A DNA stretch of 63,444 nt, the filler included, from Octopus bimaculoides (Eukaryota), in assembly GCF_001194135.2 (NCBI RefSeq). It is 6 parts of 4 records of this genome, joined end to end, with 100 filler letters (N's around TTAATTAATTAA, not from the genome) between each part and the next. Parts side by side here need not be neighbours in the genome. Positions count along the whole stretch, not along the records: positions 24,220 to 36,389 come from NC_068981.1; positions 36,490 to 60,702 come from NC_068993.1; 4 more parts are not named here. One strand, given 5' to 3'. Positions 24,220 to 37,420 of the stretch are shown one piece after another. The notes under the pieces were generated by a model. The model searched no databases, was not told the DNA's origin, and saw only the letters and a list, made by a program, of their open reading frames with translations. Every line of letters begins with the position of its first letter. Position 1 is the stretch's first letter. The position numbers and the translations under genes are program-made.

Positions 24220-25532
24220 GTCGTCAAGTATGAAATTTGTGGAAAAGAAAAAAAGTTTGCTAATGCTTTATAAATATAAGGAATAGTTTTATTCATCAAA
24301 GTATGCACCCATATTGTCAATACATTTTTGCCATTTCAGCGGTAGGTTGTCCAGCCCAAAACTGTTAAAAGCCTGGCAATCTAGAGTCTATAAAATCTTG
24401 GAAGACCTGTTTCACAGCATGGGCGGAATTAAATTTTTCTTATCAAAAAATTATCCAAATTCTGGAAGAAGTGGTAGTCAATGGGGACAAGACCAGGTGA
24501 GTATGTTGGGTGATGGAGAACTTCCAACTCCAATTCCTGTAGTTTCGCCAATGTCATTTTTGCGATGTGTGGTCTGGCGTTGTCTTGCAATGAAATAGGA
24601 GTAGATCTGTTGCCTAATCTAGGCTGGGTTTTCTTTTTTTTTTTGTATAATTTTGTATAATTTTGTATAATTTTTGCATAATTTGGTCCAACTGGCTGCA
24701 GTATACTTCAGCCATGATTGATGAGCCAGGTTTAATGAAATCATAATGGATCACACCTGCGCCAGACCACCAAACACACACCATTAGTTTCTTTTGATGA
24801 ATTTTGCTTTTTGGACTGTGTTTTGGTGGCTTGTCTTTGTCCAACCATTGTACTGAATGTTTACGGCTGTTGTATTGGATCCATTTCTCATCACATGTTA
24901 CAATTCAATTCAAAAACGATCCATTTTTGTGACGAGAAAGTAGCAAAATGCAGGCTTCAAAACGTTGCTGTTTCTGATTTTTATTGAGTTCATGTGGAAC
25001 CCACTTATCCAACTTTTTCACTTTACCAATTTGAACTAGGTGAGTCAATATTGTTTGCTTGCTAACACCAAACAACAATGATAATTCATGGGCACTTTGA
25101 GATGGACATGACTCGACGGTGGCTTTCAGTTCGTCATTATTAACCTTTGTTTCTAGTCGATCGCGTTGCTCATTTGTGAGGTCAAAGTTACCAGAACGAA
25201 ATTTTACAAGCTAATTTGATACTGTCTGTTGTGTAATAACATTAGAATGTAATACTCCATTACTATTCCGAGCTGTCTGTGATGCTGCATTTCCAAGAAA
25301 GAACTCATATTTCAAAACTGTACGAATTTCCAACTTATCCATCTCTAAGCAAAACTAGCAAAAAACGATTTATAAATACTTTATAAAGTGCAAAATGAGT
25401 TAGAATAAAGAAATAGAGGTGTCAGCTTTCTAACAAAAAATAAAGATTGTCAAAATATAACAATGACGCAAAATGAGAAGCTGTCAAACTTTACCCTATA
25501 CCTTAGTACAAATGTCATACTTGACGACCTAA
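24220..25532 (-). mobile_element. Near full-length decayed mariner transposon
   Basis: TIRs GTCGTCAAGTATGAAATTTG (24220-39) and the reverse complement of 25509-28 match 19/20. The right end is ...ACCTAA followed by TA. The transposase remnant HQKKLMVCVWW..GVIHYDFIKPG (ORF 24614-24844) is broken by stops and frameshifts. Confidence 0.92.
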
Positions 25533-25758
25533 TATACATACATACATACATACATACACACATACATATATATATACATACATATATACATATATATAGA
25601 TATATAGACATACGTATATATANNNNNNNNNNNNNNNNNNNNNNNNNNNNNNNNNNNNNNNNNNNNNNNNNNNNNNNNNNNNNNNNNNNNNNNNNNNNNN
25701 NNNNNNNNNNNNNNNNNNNNNNNNNNNNNNNNNNNNNNNNNNNNNNNNNNNNNNNNNN

Positions 25759-25789
<31 letters not shown>

Positions 25790-25859
25790 CGACGGGCTTC
25801 ACTCACAGGGCTGTGGTCAGGCCGAGGCTTTAGTAGAAGACACTTGCCCAAGTCCACCA

Positions 25860-27150
25860 CACAGGGAGCTTTAATGACCGCCAAGTATTCATAGATGACT
25901 CTATCAAAAAGTTTTGAACTAAATTGACGACTTGTGGTCGATATGTACCAAGCTGTACCCAAACAAGTCTGTCATACGAAAAGTTCGTATGGTAAACCAT
26001 CCAAATCAGGTGATTTGCCCACTGTGAAGTGTACCATCGCTTCCTGTATATCCACCGCTGTTATGAGCTTTTTCATTTGCAACACTCCAATTCCCTTGCC
26101 AACAGAGCGTTGAGATAAGCACTGTCATCTCATCTTCGTTTCGACTCGCTATTCATCCCAAATAGTTGAACGAAGTGGTGTTGAATGTAATACAAATCTA
26201 CTTGAGATTGAATAACATGCGCTCATTGTAGTCCGCAAAAGATCGAATTGTTGCTTTGTTGCCACCTAGTACTTTTTGCTACTCGGGCTCATCGACCGGT
26301 TTTTGTCCCTTTGTTTTTTAGGACACGCACCTTAGATCCGACAATGCAACGTTCGTGATTCGCATTGAAGAATTGGTCGAGACCAAATTTACTATTAGTA
26401 CCTCGTTTCCGGTGCATTTACTAAGTGCTTCTTTTACGTTTTTGTTTCTTTTTGTCGTTACGAACTTACTAAACTTTATCGATTCTACTCTAATTGCCCT
26501 TTTTAGAGTGGACCACAATAGGTTGTTAACAGTTGTTCTTGTCGCCACTCTGATCTCTGTAAGGTTAGCCTCGGAATCAACGCGTTCACTTTCCAGTTAT
26601 CAGGCCTAGCCAACGACGCCTATGAAGGTCGACTGTTCAAATTACAAATGTGTGATCTGTGCAGACGACAATCTAAAAACATCGATAATCTATGTTGTTC
26701 TTTCTATTTGCCTACAGTCTACTCTGTTTAGGTACCATCTGGATGGGCGGATGTGGTTTGTCCATGTCTGCATTAGCTCACTCGTGAAACCAAATTGGAA
26801 ACGTCTGAGTAAGTCAGTGAAGTTGTTGCACTCCTTCTATCAGCTTGCACTTCACAATCCAAATTTACATCTAAGATGGCATTCCAGTAATCCACTAGAA
26901 TTAAAGAGCGGGACGTCTCTAGGAAAACATCCAGACAGCTGAAGATATTCGGCTGTTCCGTCCCTGTCGGAGCATAAACAACTACTAATCTGAAGGCTCC
27001 CCTTTCTCTACGCTACACATCCAGGACCAGCATCTTACCTTCTGCATCCAACAAAATGGTCCGTATCGTGAGATTCAGCCTCTTCTAAAACAGCACTAAA
27101 ACTCCGCATCCCAATCCCGGTTTACTTAGAGATTAGTAGATTTCAGATCC
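25860..27150 (-). mobile_element. Tx1/L1-like LINE ORF2 fragment (APE end to RT start)
   Basis: GKSPDLDGLPYELF near 26010 and TWTN....RWYLNRV near 26740. Confidence 0.8.
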
Positions 27151-27343
27151 ACCGAAAATGGATCCATTCAGAGCTGCCATACTGGTTGAAAGATGAAGAG
27201 GAGTTCCCAGACACCAGGTGTTATGTCTCCATAGAATTTGATTTCCTTTTGTGGCGGCAGAGTCGTTGTGCATTTGACTGCGATTGGTTTGGATGTGGTT
27301 TCGGTCATGCTTGTGTGTCTCGATTAGAGTGGATGTGTCATAT

Positions 27344-27382
<39 letters not shown>

Positions 27383-27480
27383 TAATATTGTTTTACATGC
27401 TTGTCCTTCCCTTTCGAAGGATGGTATGTCCTCATCTGAAAGAGGCATATTTGCGCGTGTATATTTGAAAAAATGGGGAG

Positions 27481-27545
27481 GAGAGGGAGAGTTACCAGAG
27501 AGGGAGAGTTACCAGAGAGGGAGAGTTACCAGAGAGGGAGTTACG
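27481..27545. repeat. 17-bp minisatellite GAGAGGGAGAGTTACCA, about 4 units
   Basis: Directly visible. Confidence 0.9.
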
Positions 27546-27719
27546 CTGGATGTTTCCTTGGTTGCGAGTTTGGGTTCGGTTGTTTGTGTGTCGTTGTTGT
27601 TTTTTCACCGTTTTCGAGGCCGATAAAATAAATACCAGTTGATCATTGTGGTCGATGTGATCGACTTACCCGCTTCTCTGAAACTGCTGGCTTTAAGTTA
27701 AAATTTAAAGCCATAATAA

Positions 27720-27730
27720 TAATAATAATA

Positions 27731-27781
<51 letters not shown>

Positions 27782-28960
27782 GTTGTTGTTGTTGTTGTTG
27801 TTGCTGTTGTTGTTGCTATTATTATCATCTTCTTTCAATTTTGATTCCATTTCTTGCCGAGTGTCTTCCTATCACAAGCCTTGTGATAGAGAAAAAGAGA
27901 AAGAAAGACAGAGAGAAAAGGAAAAAATTTTAAAAATAAAAAGTAAACAAAGAAACTAAAGGTGGAAAAAAGGAAAGAAAATTCACAGCGACAATGCTCT
28001 TCTCAGTACGTGTGACGTACCAGTTAAGACAATCTTCCGCACTTTTTTGCATGGGATCATTCTTAAATAATTTTCAGTTCCTTTTTTGATCATTCCAAGT
28101 GCACCTACAATCACTAGTATTGTAACCGTCTTGAGATGCCACATCTTTTCGATTTCGATTAGCAAATCTTTATATTTTCTGAGCTTATCAAATTCTTTTG
28201 CCGAGATATTATAGTTACAGGGTATGCTCATGTCAGACAATAAACAAACTGTATTGTTTTGGTCTTTCACAATATCTGGTTTATTTGCTTTGATGGTCCG
28301 GTCTGTACATACTGGTAAGTCCCAAAGAATCGTTCCACTTTTTCCCTCAGTTACAGCCTCGGGGTAGTGCTTGTACCATTTGTCTGCTGACACATTATCC
28401 AGTGTAGATATTGACCAACTTTGTCATGTCTGGGTTTATACTCTACAAGTACTAAAACTTTACACGCAGAGATTAGGCGGTTCACTGTTTCAATCCCATC
28501 GTTCCAGTATCGACATTTTGTGTCTACTCCATTTTTCATCACATTAGCTTGATAGTTCGGGTCAATAAGCTCTGATCTTGAGTAGCCAAGATAAAGCCTT
28601 CACTCTCTGTCTTTAGTCCTGAGCTCCGTAGCCACTGATGGGTATGCTTCTGGTCTACGTCAGCTTGCTGGCCACATATTTGCCATGCAGAGGTTTTTGT
28701 TCCCACCTATCAGCCTTTTGTTCAAACGCATTTTGCTTTGCTATTGATCTCACCTGCTTTGCAAGCCGCATTTCCATCATACTGTTCGACCTGGGTATTT
28801 TGCATAAACTCACTAGCAAATTTTTTGCTCTCCTTCGTAACAGAATGAAGCTTCTTACGTCTCCCGTGGTTTTCATCAAGCTTTAGCATCCAGTCGTTAG
28901 ATATTTCAAAATATTTTGCCAGTTCAATTGTGGTGGTTTTGTAAGGGATTGTGTCAAAAT
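27720..28960 (-). mobile_element. R4/Dong-like LINE 3' fragment
   Basis: ORFs 27983-28393 (ILWDLPVCTDRTIKANKPDIV..KY.DL.IEI.KMW..IVGALG) and 28655-28879 (W.QKPLHGKY). 3' UTR abuts an (ATT)n array. Confidence 0.88.
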
Positions 28961-29361
28961 TTAAAATTATCAGTATTATCATTGTTANNNNNNNNNNNNN
29001 NNNNNNNNNNNNNNNNNNNNNNNNNNNNNNNNNNNNNNNNNNNNNNNNNNNNNNNNNNNNNNNNNNNNNNNNNNNNNNNNNNNNNNNNNNNNNNNNNNNN
29101 NNNNNNNNNNNNNNNNNNNNNNNNNNNNNNNTTGTTACAAACATGCCGTCGGCTCCCACAGTTAGGAAACTAAAAGAAGAGATAGGAGGTGACACGCAAA
29201 GGTAGCGCTTCTAAGGGATGATAAACAATTTTCAAGCGCTCGAAGTTGAAAGTCCAAATAATTGCACGACTGCTACAACGACAAACGACAGGAGCAGAAA
29301 CAACAACAACAAGAGCAGCAGTAATACTGGCAAAATCTGCATTATGCTTATGAAAGGGAAG

Positions 29362-29555
29362 GCGGCGAGCTGGCAGAGTCGTTAGCACGCCGGGCAAAAT
29401 GCTTAGCGGCATTTCGTCCGTCTTCACGTTCTGAGTTCAAATTCCGCCGAGGTCGACTTTGCCTTTCATCCTTTCAGGGTTGATAAATTAAATACCAGTG
29501 ATGCACTGGGATCGGTGTAATTTCAGGCCTTATGCCTATACTAGAAAGGATTATG
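29362..29555 (+). mobile_element. SINE family B copy
   Basis: ggcggcgagctggcagagtcgttagcacgccggg...gttctgagttcaaattccgccgaggtcgactttgcctttcatcc. Confidence 0.88.
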
Positions 29556-29929
29556 TTTATGAAAGAGTAGGTTGGTGTTTTCATCGTTGACATTTCAAAG
29601 TTCAAAGATTGAACGACTTCTGAAACGACAAAAGAGAGTAGCAGAAGCTTCAAGATCGACAGCCACAAAAGCAACAACATTAAGAAAAGTAAGAACATCA
29701 ACAGCAGCAACGATTTACAGCAAATGCAACCACTGCAGCAGCAGTGAAATCATAGCAAAAAATTTTCTGTTACCAAGATTACAAACGTCCTCGATATTGT
29801 CTCATTGGACAAAAGCCATGAACATTTACAAAAGGTGGTAAAACACATCAAAAGACTAAAACAGAAAAATTACGCTTAATATACTGCAACACCTTCTAGG
29901 GTAAACTGAAAGGAAAATACTTTCTGTAT

Positions 29930-30470
29930 AGATGCTTTTCGACGAAAAGACACGAATTAGCGCGTATACGTTCAGGCCACACTGAACTCTGTTTTGAAGA
30001 AATATGGAGCCTAATATTAATTTTGTGGGGTATGCCCATAAGTTCGGATGCATCCGAGTTATTTTTCCCTCGGAAATCTTCATTCAGAAGCACTTCACAC
30101 TTCCACAAAACAAAACAAAAAAGAAGACCCGAAGATTTCACACTGATTCCGATTCACCTGAGACGGAGAGTGATCCGAGTAAAAATCTCAAACAAACCAC
30201 CAGATTTCTAGTGAGTGCTGGATTTTGTAGTTTTGGAAGACAGTTTCACGATGGTAGAAATAAAAGGATTCCGGAAAGAAAATTCGGTTGTGATGAGGCC
30301 GAGTTGTTTGATTCAGTTAAAAACTGAGATACTAGAAAAATCCCTACCTAAGAGATCCTAGGAGCGTAGCAACTTCAGACGGTAGTTAAGGATAGAAGGC
30401 CTTGATGCTTTAACTTAAGAAATACTAATCACCTTAAGGTCTTCTTTCCCCAACAGCCGCAGAAAATAAC
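29930..30470 (+). mobile_element. Probable Tx1/L1-like ORF1 remnant
   Basis: Degenerate GRRP.CFN....NHLK..P knuckle near 30400, similar to 41918-41959. Confidence 0.45.
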
Positions 30471-30771
30471 AACTGAAAAAGGCCCCTACTATTTCTGACA
30501 CCATATAACATCAACACTTAACACAACGCAATCAAAGCAACTGCAACAACAGTCGTTGAAGCACTAGCTACATGACTGGAAGCAGCACCTACAACAACAG
30601 TAGTAACAATAACACTAAAAGTGGAAACAACATCAAGAAAAACAGCGAAGCAAACACCTCCCTCAAAAGTCACCACATCACCAACAACCATAGCAACTGA
30701 AAGCCTCTGAATAATAACAGTAAAACAAAAAGACGATGATCCATCCGAGACATGCTTTGAACCATCTAGAT

Positions 30772-31069
30772 CAGGGGTTTTCAAACTTTTTGACTTGCGG
30801 ACCCCTTTGTAGTTCAGGCTTTACCTTAGGGACCCCCTTATAAACGCTTATGAAATTTATACATAAATATTTGCTTAAAATAACATATATATTTTACATT
30901 TATTTATTTAACAGTATTTAACAAATAGGTTTATTGTCAATTAAAATATTTCGGTTAAAAAACATATATAAAATCAAATTGCCCATAAAAAGTATTTGCT
31001 GTCCACAGACCCCCTGTCTTGTCCTTGCGGACCCCCTGCGGTCCGCGGACCACAGTTTGAAAACCCCTG
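30772..31069. mobile_element. hAT (Charlie-type) MITE, 298 bp
   Basis: 16-bp TIR CAGGGGTTTTCAAACT at both ends. 8-bp TSD ATCTAGAT/GTCTAGAT (7/8) fits the NTCTAGAN target preference. Confidence 0.92.
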
Positions 31070-31689
31070 GTCTAGATTTGTCATGGGGAGAAGGTGACGG
31101 TGAGGAGCCAAAATAGTAAACAAACAGGCGAGATGCTTTTGAGCGACAACGAACCAACAGCAGCCCAAAGAGCAGCTACACTAATACTATCAACACCATG
31201 ACCTCTTCATTATCATTACTAATACTATATTTAGTAAATATAATACAATTCTATAACTGACACCATCATTACAACCACAACTTATACACACTAACTACAA
31301 CTACATCAATCAGAACACACAACCCATCGCGAACAAAAAGGAAAAAAGAAATCATTAACTACATGACTATAAACAAAAGCAATTAAAAGACCCAATTGGT
31401 CACATACACCAACAAACAAGCAGTACAATCCAATAACTACATGGCATTAACAAATAACATACACGCACATAAAATAAATACCCCGAAGGAGTAGGAGACT
31501 TCAGGGGGAATATAAACAAATGACTGTATAAAGAACTGCATTTAGAATCAACCACAGCCAAACGAAGGGAAGAAATATCTGTCTTTCCATAGAAATAATC
31601 TAAGTGGGTTTTTTCGATTTCCTCCTTCCGTCAAATGGCCTTAATTAGAAAAAGCAGTGTATGTGTACGTAGCTTAGTATCACCATGGA

Positions 31690-32400
31690 AGCAGGGTCAT
31701 CTACTCAGTGAACACAAGCCACTAAATAAAGATCAGCAAGACTAAAGATTCCGATCTACATACCTTCATGCCCATCTTCGATGGATACCAGATTTATTTA
31801 TATCGAAGTCGAACGGATTTGGGAGGTGGAGCTGCCATGTTGTTTCGGAAATTACCCGGAAAGTAAGCTGGTGGTTCATGATGTCAACAGTAATGAAGAA
31901 GGTGCTTTCAGATTAGTTGCTGTTTATTCGCCGACGAGGATGGGGTAGTTGGATTTCTCCAGGTGTTTGGCGGTTTCTATGAACGACCCGTTCTTGAATG
32001 CACGCTTTGGATTGTGTAGGGCGAATTGATAGAAGAGAGGATTTAAAAACCTTGCTAACTTGCTCAGACGTTTCTAATTCTCTAACAGGTGTCGATTAGA
32101 TTTTCCGAATGTGCTAATGTAGACATGGACAAACTGCTTCTAATCAGCTAGATCGTGTCCAGTCAGAGTATACCGAAGTCGAATAGATAACGATAATATA
32201 GGTTGTCGACAATTTAAAACCATCACAAATTGGTGATCCTTACGACCGACTTACTAGAAGCTGAATGCGTCACTCCCAGCGCGCTAAGTTTACAGAGACT
32301 GAATTAACGAATCAATTGGGTGTTGATGGGAGCAACCGTGAACAACCAATGGTGGTTCATTGCGAAAAAGGCGATTTGAGTAGCATCGCTAAGGTTTGGT
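31690..32400 (+). mobile_element. Tx1/L1-like APE endonuclease fragment
   Basis: GAFRLVAVYSPT near 31905 and WTNC...LDRV near 32130. Confidence 0.75.
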
Positions 32401-32844
32401 AAGGTTATAACGACTAAGACAACTTAAAAACAAAAGAGACTGAGTGGAAATTTTTGAAAAACCCCTTCTGCAACCGACACTTTGTCCATAACAGTAACTT
32501 CAGCAACATCAACAGCAACATCATCATCAGCAGCAGCAGCAGCAGCATCAACAGTGTCAACAGCAACTGTACATATAGCAGCAGCATCGTAACAAGCAGG
32601 AAAAACACACTCAGCAACAACGACGTTCAGCAGGAAAAAGACACTCAGCAGACACTAGTGTCACAACCCCCCCCCACGCAAAAAGTGTCACCAACACCAT
32701 CGCAATCCAAAGAGACCCCNNNNNNNNNNNNNNNNNNNNNNNNNNNNNNNNNNNNNNNNNNNNNNNNNNNNNNNNNNNNNNNNNNNNNNNNNNNNNNNNN
32801 NNNNNNNNNNNNNNNNNNNNNNNNNNNNNNNNNNNNNNNNNNAT

Positions 32845-33220
32845 ATATCTTCGCTCAGGCACAGATATCTTCGAGTGCGAATACATGGAGTAGCTGTGTT
32901 GCTTCGGAAAGGGCTGTATCTTTGGATGAAGATCATTTTCTTGGATCCAGAAGGTAAGTCGGTGAGGCAGGGCGTCTCCAGAAGCGTAGTCTTTCTCTTC
33001 AGACAACTAACCGTCCATGGTCCAACAGGGGCGGACCTCCCGAATTTCTTCAGGCACCCGGAGGCCTTCCTGTGCACGTCCCGCTCTTTAGTTCTGCTTG
33101 AAGACAAGGACGGCACCTTATATGCATGTATGGTCTGTGTGAGGATAGCCGATAGGAGAGGGGTTGCAAAGCACTTTGCCTTTCCCTATTCCAGAGCAGT
33201 TGAAATAGGTTTATTTGAAA
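32845..33220 (+). mobile_element. Tx1/L1-like APE endonuclease fragment (second copy)
   Basis: ORF 32875-33273: GVAVLLRKG...IFLDPEG....FR...VHGPTGA...FFR..EAFL.TSRSLVLL.D. Confidence 0.8.
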
Positions 33221-33234
33221 GAATGAAGACAGCA

Positions 33235-33700
33235 AGCCAGCAGAATCGTTGGCACACCAGCAAAAATGCTTAACTGCATTTCGTCTGCCTTTATGTTCTA
33301 AGTTCAAATCAAACGAGGTTGACTTTGCCTTTGATCCTTTCGGGGTCGATAAAATAAGTACCAGTTGCATACTGAGGTTGATGTAATCGACTAGTACCCT
33401 CCCACTATATTTCAGGTCTTGTATTTATACAAGGGTTATTTATCTATACAAGGGTTATTCTATACAATAGAAAGGGTTATTTCAAGGAATGTTAAGGCAG
33501 TGAGCTGGTTGAACCGTCAACATGCCGGACAAAATGTTTATCGGTATTTCGTCCGTCTTTACGTTCCGAGTTCAAATGCCAGCGAGGTCGACTTTACGTT
33601 CATCCTTATGAGGTCGATAAAATATGTACCAGTTGAGCAGCTGGGTCGATGTAATCGACTTCCGCCTCCTCTAAAATTACTGGCCTTATACCAAAATTAG
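33235..33700 (+). mobile_element. Two tandem SINE family B copies
   Basis: Bodies at ~33235-33440 and ~33495-33700. Confidence 0.8.
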
Positions 33701-35154
33701 AAACCATTACTCCATTATTTAAAAGAACGTTGTGGGGGGTGGTTGACAACATTTTTAGAGCATGGGAGAAAAATACGTTGCTTTTTATCTTTCAGGAGGT
33801 CAATGAAATGAAAAAAAAAAACAATCAAGTAGCGAGGTCGATAGTCGACCTTTCCTTCATTCCCAAAATTCTGACTGTGTGCCTATATTAGAAAATATTC
33901 TTTACAGGATTGTTCCGACTGCTGTTGTGTCTGAAATTTGTTACGTCTGTGCTATGNNNNNNNNNNNNNNNNNNNNNNNNNNNNNNNNNNNNNNNNNNNN
34001 NNNNNNNNNNNNNNNNNAAAAAAAAAAACAATCAAGTAGCGAGGTCGATAGTCGACCTTTCCTTCATTCCCAAAATTCTGACTGTGTGCCTATATTAGAA
34101 AATATTCTTTACAGGATTGTTCCGACTGCTGTTGTGTCTGAAATTTGTTACGTCTGTGCTATGATCTCAAATCTAAACTGAAGATATTTCGTATTCTTAG
34201 CATTAGAATATTCTTAACAAATGCTTTTAAGTTGTTATTTTGTGCAAGGACTGGCAGAATTGGAAGAATATAAAACAAAATAGTTTATGGTACATTTTGA
34301 CAATTTCGAGTCTGGTTTAACTATTTTTTCCAGAGTCGGCCTTATTTTACTATCTTCCCGAAAACTATAAAATATATACAGTGAAGTGCGGGGATCGATT
34401 CCATTGCTTTTCTACATTAGTGTAGACATAGTTGTATGGTTGATTAAGTTCATTACTCGCTCCCGGTGTTGATAAAATAGGTTACCGGTCAACTACTGGG
34501 GATCGGTGGTATCAGCAAAATCCTTTCCCTCAAAATTGTTGTCTCTGTGCGTAAATCAGAAACCGTTATTCCCACTGAGCGGCTCCTTGGCAAAATGTCT
34601 TCTATTTTCACCTGTGAGTGGATTTTGCTAGATGGACAAACTGCTTCAAAGGCCTAACTTATGTGGATGTACATAGTATGTATATACATATGCGCCGCAC
34701 GTGTGCATATTTGTCTGTATCTCTATACATGTTCATGGCAGTATCTGTTTGATACAATGGCGTCAGTTAAAATAAGACAGATATCCAGTCAAACTGCTAA
34801 CGCAGACGATCGGCGTTATATAGAACTAGAAAATATATGGAGTGAAATAAGTACTGAGATTGCCATGATCGGCTGAAGGTTGTGACTCAGTGTGACTACA
34901 GTCTAACCAACAAAAGAATTTGTACCAATACTAAAAATAACGCTGCAGAACAAGTATCACAGAGATAAGCAGCCGGCGATTTTGTTTGATGTCAATTGAA
35001 AATATTTCACCTCGGGCAAAAGATTGCATTTACAATTTTTTCCCTTCTTTTCAAGGCATCTAGTTCAAAGAACTCACTGTTTTAAGGCAATGTCTAACAA
35101 CATTTGCCAATGTATTTCATTTTAATTGTTAATCTAATAATTAGAGTGTTGTTA

Positions 35155-35640
35155 ATGCAGCGAACTGACAGATACGTTGGTGTTTCCGACAAGATGCTCA
35201 ACGGTATGTTTTTTTTCCTAGCACTTTACGCTCTGAGTTCAAATATCACTAAAGTCAGTCTATAAAATACCAGTGTAGTATTGAGATTACTGGTCTGCAC
35301 TTTACCTAAACCTTCAAAACTGCTGGCCCTGTATTTAAATCAGAAACAATTACTGAAGTACGTACAAAATGCTCAGCGGTATTTTTTCTAGCTCTTTACG
35401 TTCTGAGTTTAAATATCACCGGGATCAGCTTTGCTTCTTATCCTTTTGGGATCTATAAAATAAAGTACCAATCAAAATTTCTGGCCTTGTACCTTAATTA
35501 GGAAGAATAAAGACAGTAGACTGGCATCTGACAAAATATCTTGAAGTTTTTGTTCTAGCTCTTTATGTTCTGTGTTCTAATCCTACCGAAGTCAACCTTG
35601 CTTTTCATTCCTCCTGGATTGATAAATTAGAGGAACTGTG
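35155..35640 (+). mobile_element. Head-to-tail array of three decayed SINE family B copies
   Basis: ctttacgctctgagttcaaatatcac (~35225), ctttacgttctgagtttaaatatcac (~35395), ctttatgttctgtgttctaaatcc (~35560). Confidence 0.75.
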
Positions 35641-36489
35641 AAGTACAAATGTCATTGACGGAGAACTGAGTTCTAAATCCAGTTTTGAATTTTAGTGATA
35701 TTCATTCCGCATCACATTCGCTATGCATTTCTTACACGCACGCGTAAGAATGGCATGAAAGTCACATCATCCTAATTCCTCATTTGTTATAATTTCAGTC
35801 TTCATATAAAAGTTGGTGTTAAGACTAAACGAGATGGCATAAATATTTTAGAGTATTCAGTTGATTACTTCAATTGTTTTTTCATTCAAAATCCCGTTTT
35901 GATTGACTGCGTTTGCTGCTTGTTTCCTCCATGACTAATGAAATGAAGATCAATAAGATACAGAGATATATTAAAGCAATTATGATTTTAAGTAATCTTG
36001 TGTTTAGACCAAACAAATATTATTGATTTGATTTTTTTTATACATAGGTGCAGGCGTAGCTGTGTGGTAAGAAGCTTGCTTCCGTTTCCGGTTGTGTCAG
36101 TGCTGTTCTTACACTGCAGAAGTCGCCACGTTGGTGTACAGCTGGCGAAATATTGATTGAAAAAGAAGCTCAGCTGTAAGGTATGACTTTTTGGGTCCAG
36201 CGGTGGTTTGCTGTTTGCTGTTTTATTTTTTGTACAAACAAAAAAATCCTCACTGGATTCTGAACTCTGGTCTGCCTTCAGTTGGGCAGGTGTCGCCGGT
36301 GTCTGGAACCTGGTCATATAAAAAAAAGAAGTGCACCCAGGACCAAAGCAAGGTTCTGGAGCAGTTGGTTGAGACCTCTGTAGAAGAAGNNNNNNNNNNN
36401 NNNNNNNNNNNNNNNNNNNNNNNNNNNNNNNNNTTAATTAATTAANNNNNNNNNNNNNNNNNNNNNNNNNNNNNNNNNNNNNNNNNNNN

Positions 36490-36519
<30 letters not shown>

Positions 36520-36530
<11 letters not shown>

Positions 36531-36930
36531 ATCTACAGCAAATATTCTGCTCAGTACCACGGATTTGCTCCTCGGCTGATTTCCACTAGAAGTAGTGGGG
36601 GTGCATCATAGCCGTGTGTTGCGAGAAATTCTTTGGGGTTTGTATAATTCACATTTGAAAACATGGGGGTTTCATTCAACAAACTTAAACAACCCTTATT
36701 TAGGGACCTTTTGAGCAGGATGGGCTACTCGACCTGACGTTAATTCTAACTGGCCCCACCTGCAAGGTCGTTTGCTGTTTATCTTGATATGAGATCACCA
36801 TATCACGTACATATGGTTGTGATGCCTATGCCTGGTGAACCTTTATCAGACGGGTAGTCATGATGGGTATACTGGGCTTCGTATATCTTACCCCAGAGTC
36901 ATTTTGATGGCATGCACTGATCTCTCACTG
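36520..36930 (-). mobile_element. Probable retroposon 3' segment flanked by ATT/AAT arrays
   Basis: ~410-bp mixed-composition block bounded by (ATT)n at 36490-36528 and (AAT)n at 36931-36952. Family not assignable without a search. Confidence 0.4.
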
Positions 36931-36949
36931 AATAATAATAATGATAATA

Positions 36950-37173
36950 ATAACATTCCTTTCTACTGAAGGCACAAGGCCTCAAATTTTGGAGCAGGGG
37001 CATAGTTGATTGTATCGTCCCTAGGGTTTCACTGGTACTTAATTTATCGACTCCGAAAAGATGAAAGGCAAAATCGACCTCGGCAGAATTTGAACTCAGA
37101 ACGTATTGACGGACGAAGTACCTAGCGCTAAGTATTTCGTCCAGCCTGCTAACCATTCTGCCTGCCCACCGCC

Positions 37174-37249
<76 letters not shown>

Positions 37250-37420
37250 TGATGATGGTGGTGACGATGATGATAATCTTTTCTACTATAGGCTCAATGC
37301 CAGACATTTGGGGTAGGAGAGAGTAGATTTCAACAGTGGAATTTGAACTCAGAACGTAAAGAGCTAAAATGAATGCTGCTAGGTATTTTCCTTGGCTCGA
37401 TAATGGTTCTGCCTGTTCTG
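36950..37420 (-). mobile_element. Two tandem SINE family B copies separated by (AAT)n
   Basis: Reverse complements at ~36950-37172 and ~37270-37420. Confidence 0.8.

Noticed and set aside
32454-32957. 167-aa N/S/Q-rich ORF
   Set aside because: Low-complexity (CAA/CAG) sequence crossing a gap inside LINE debris; no splice or homology support.
33811-34162. Exact ~145-bp direct repeat (33811-33956 and 34018-34162)
   Set aside because: The copies sit on either side of an N gap and are identical, which indicates unmerged overlapping contig ends.
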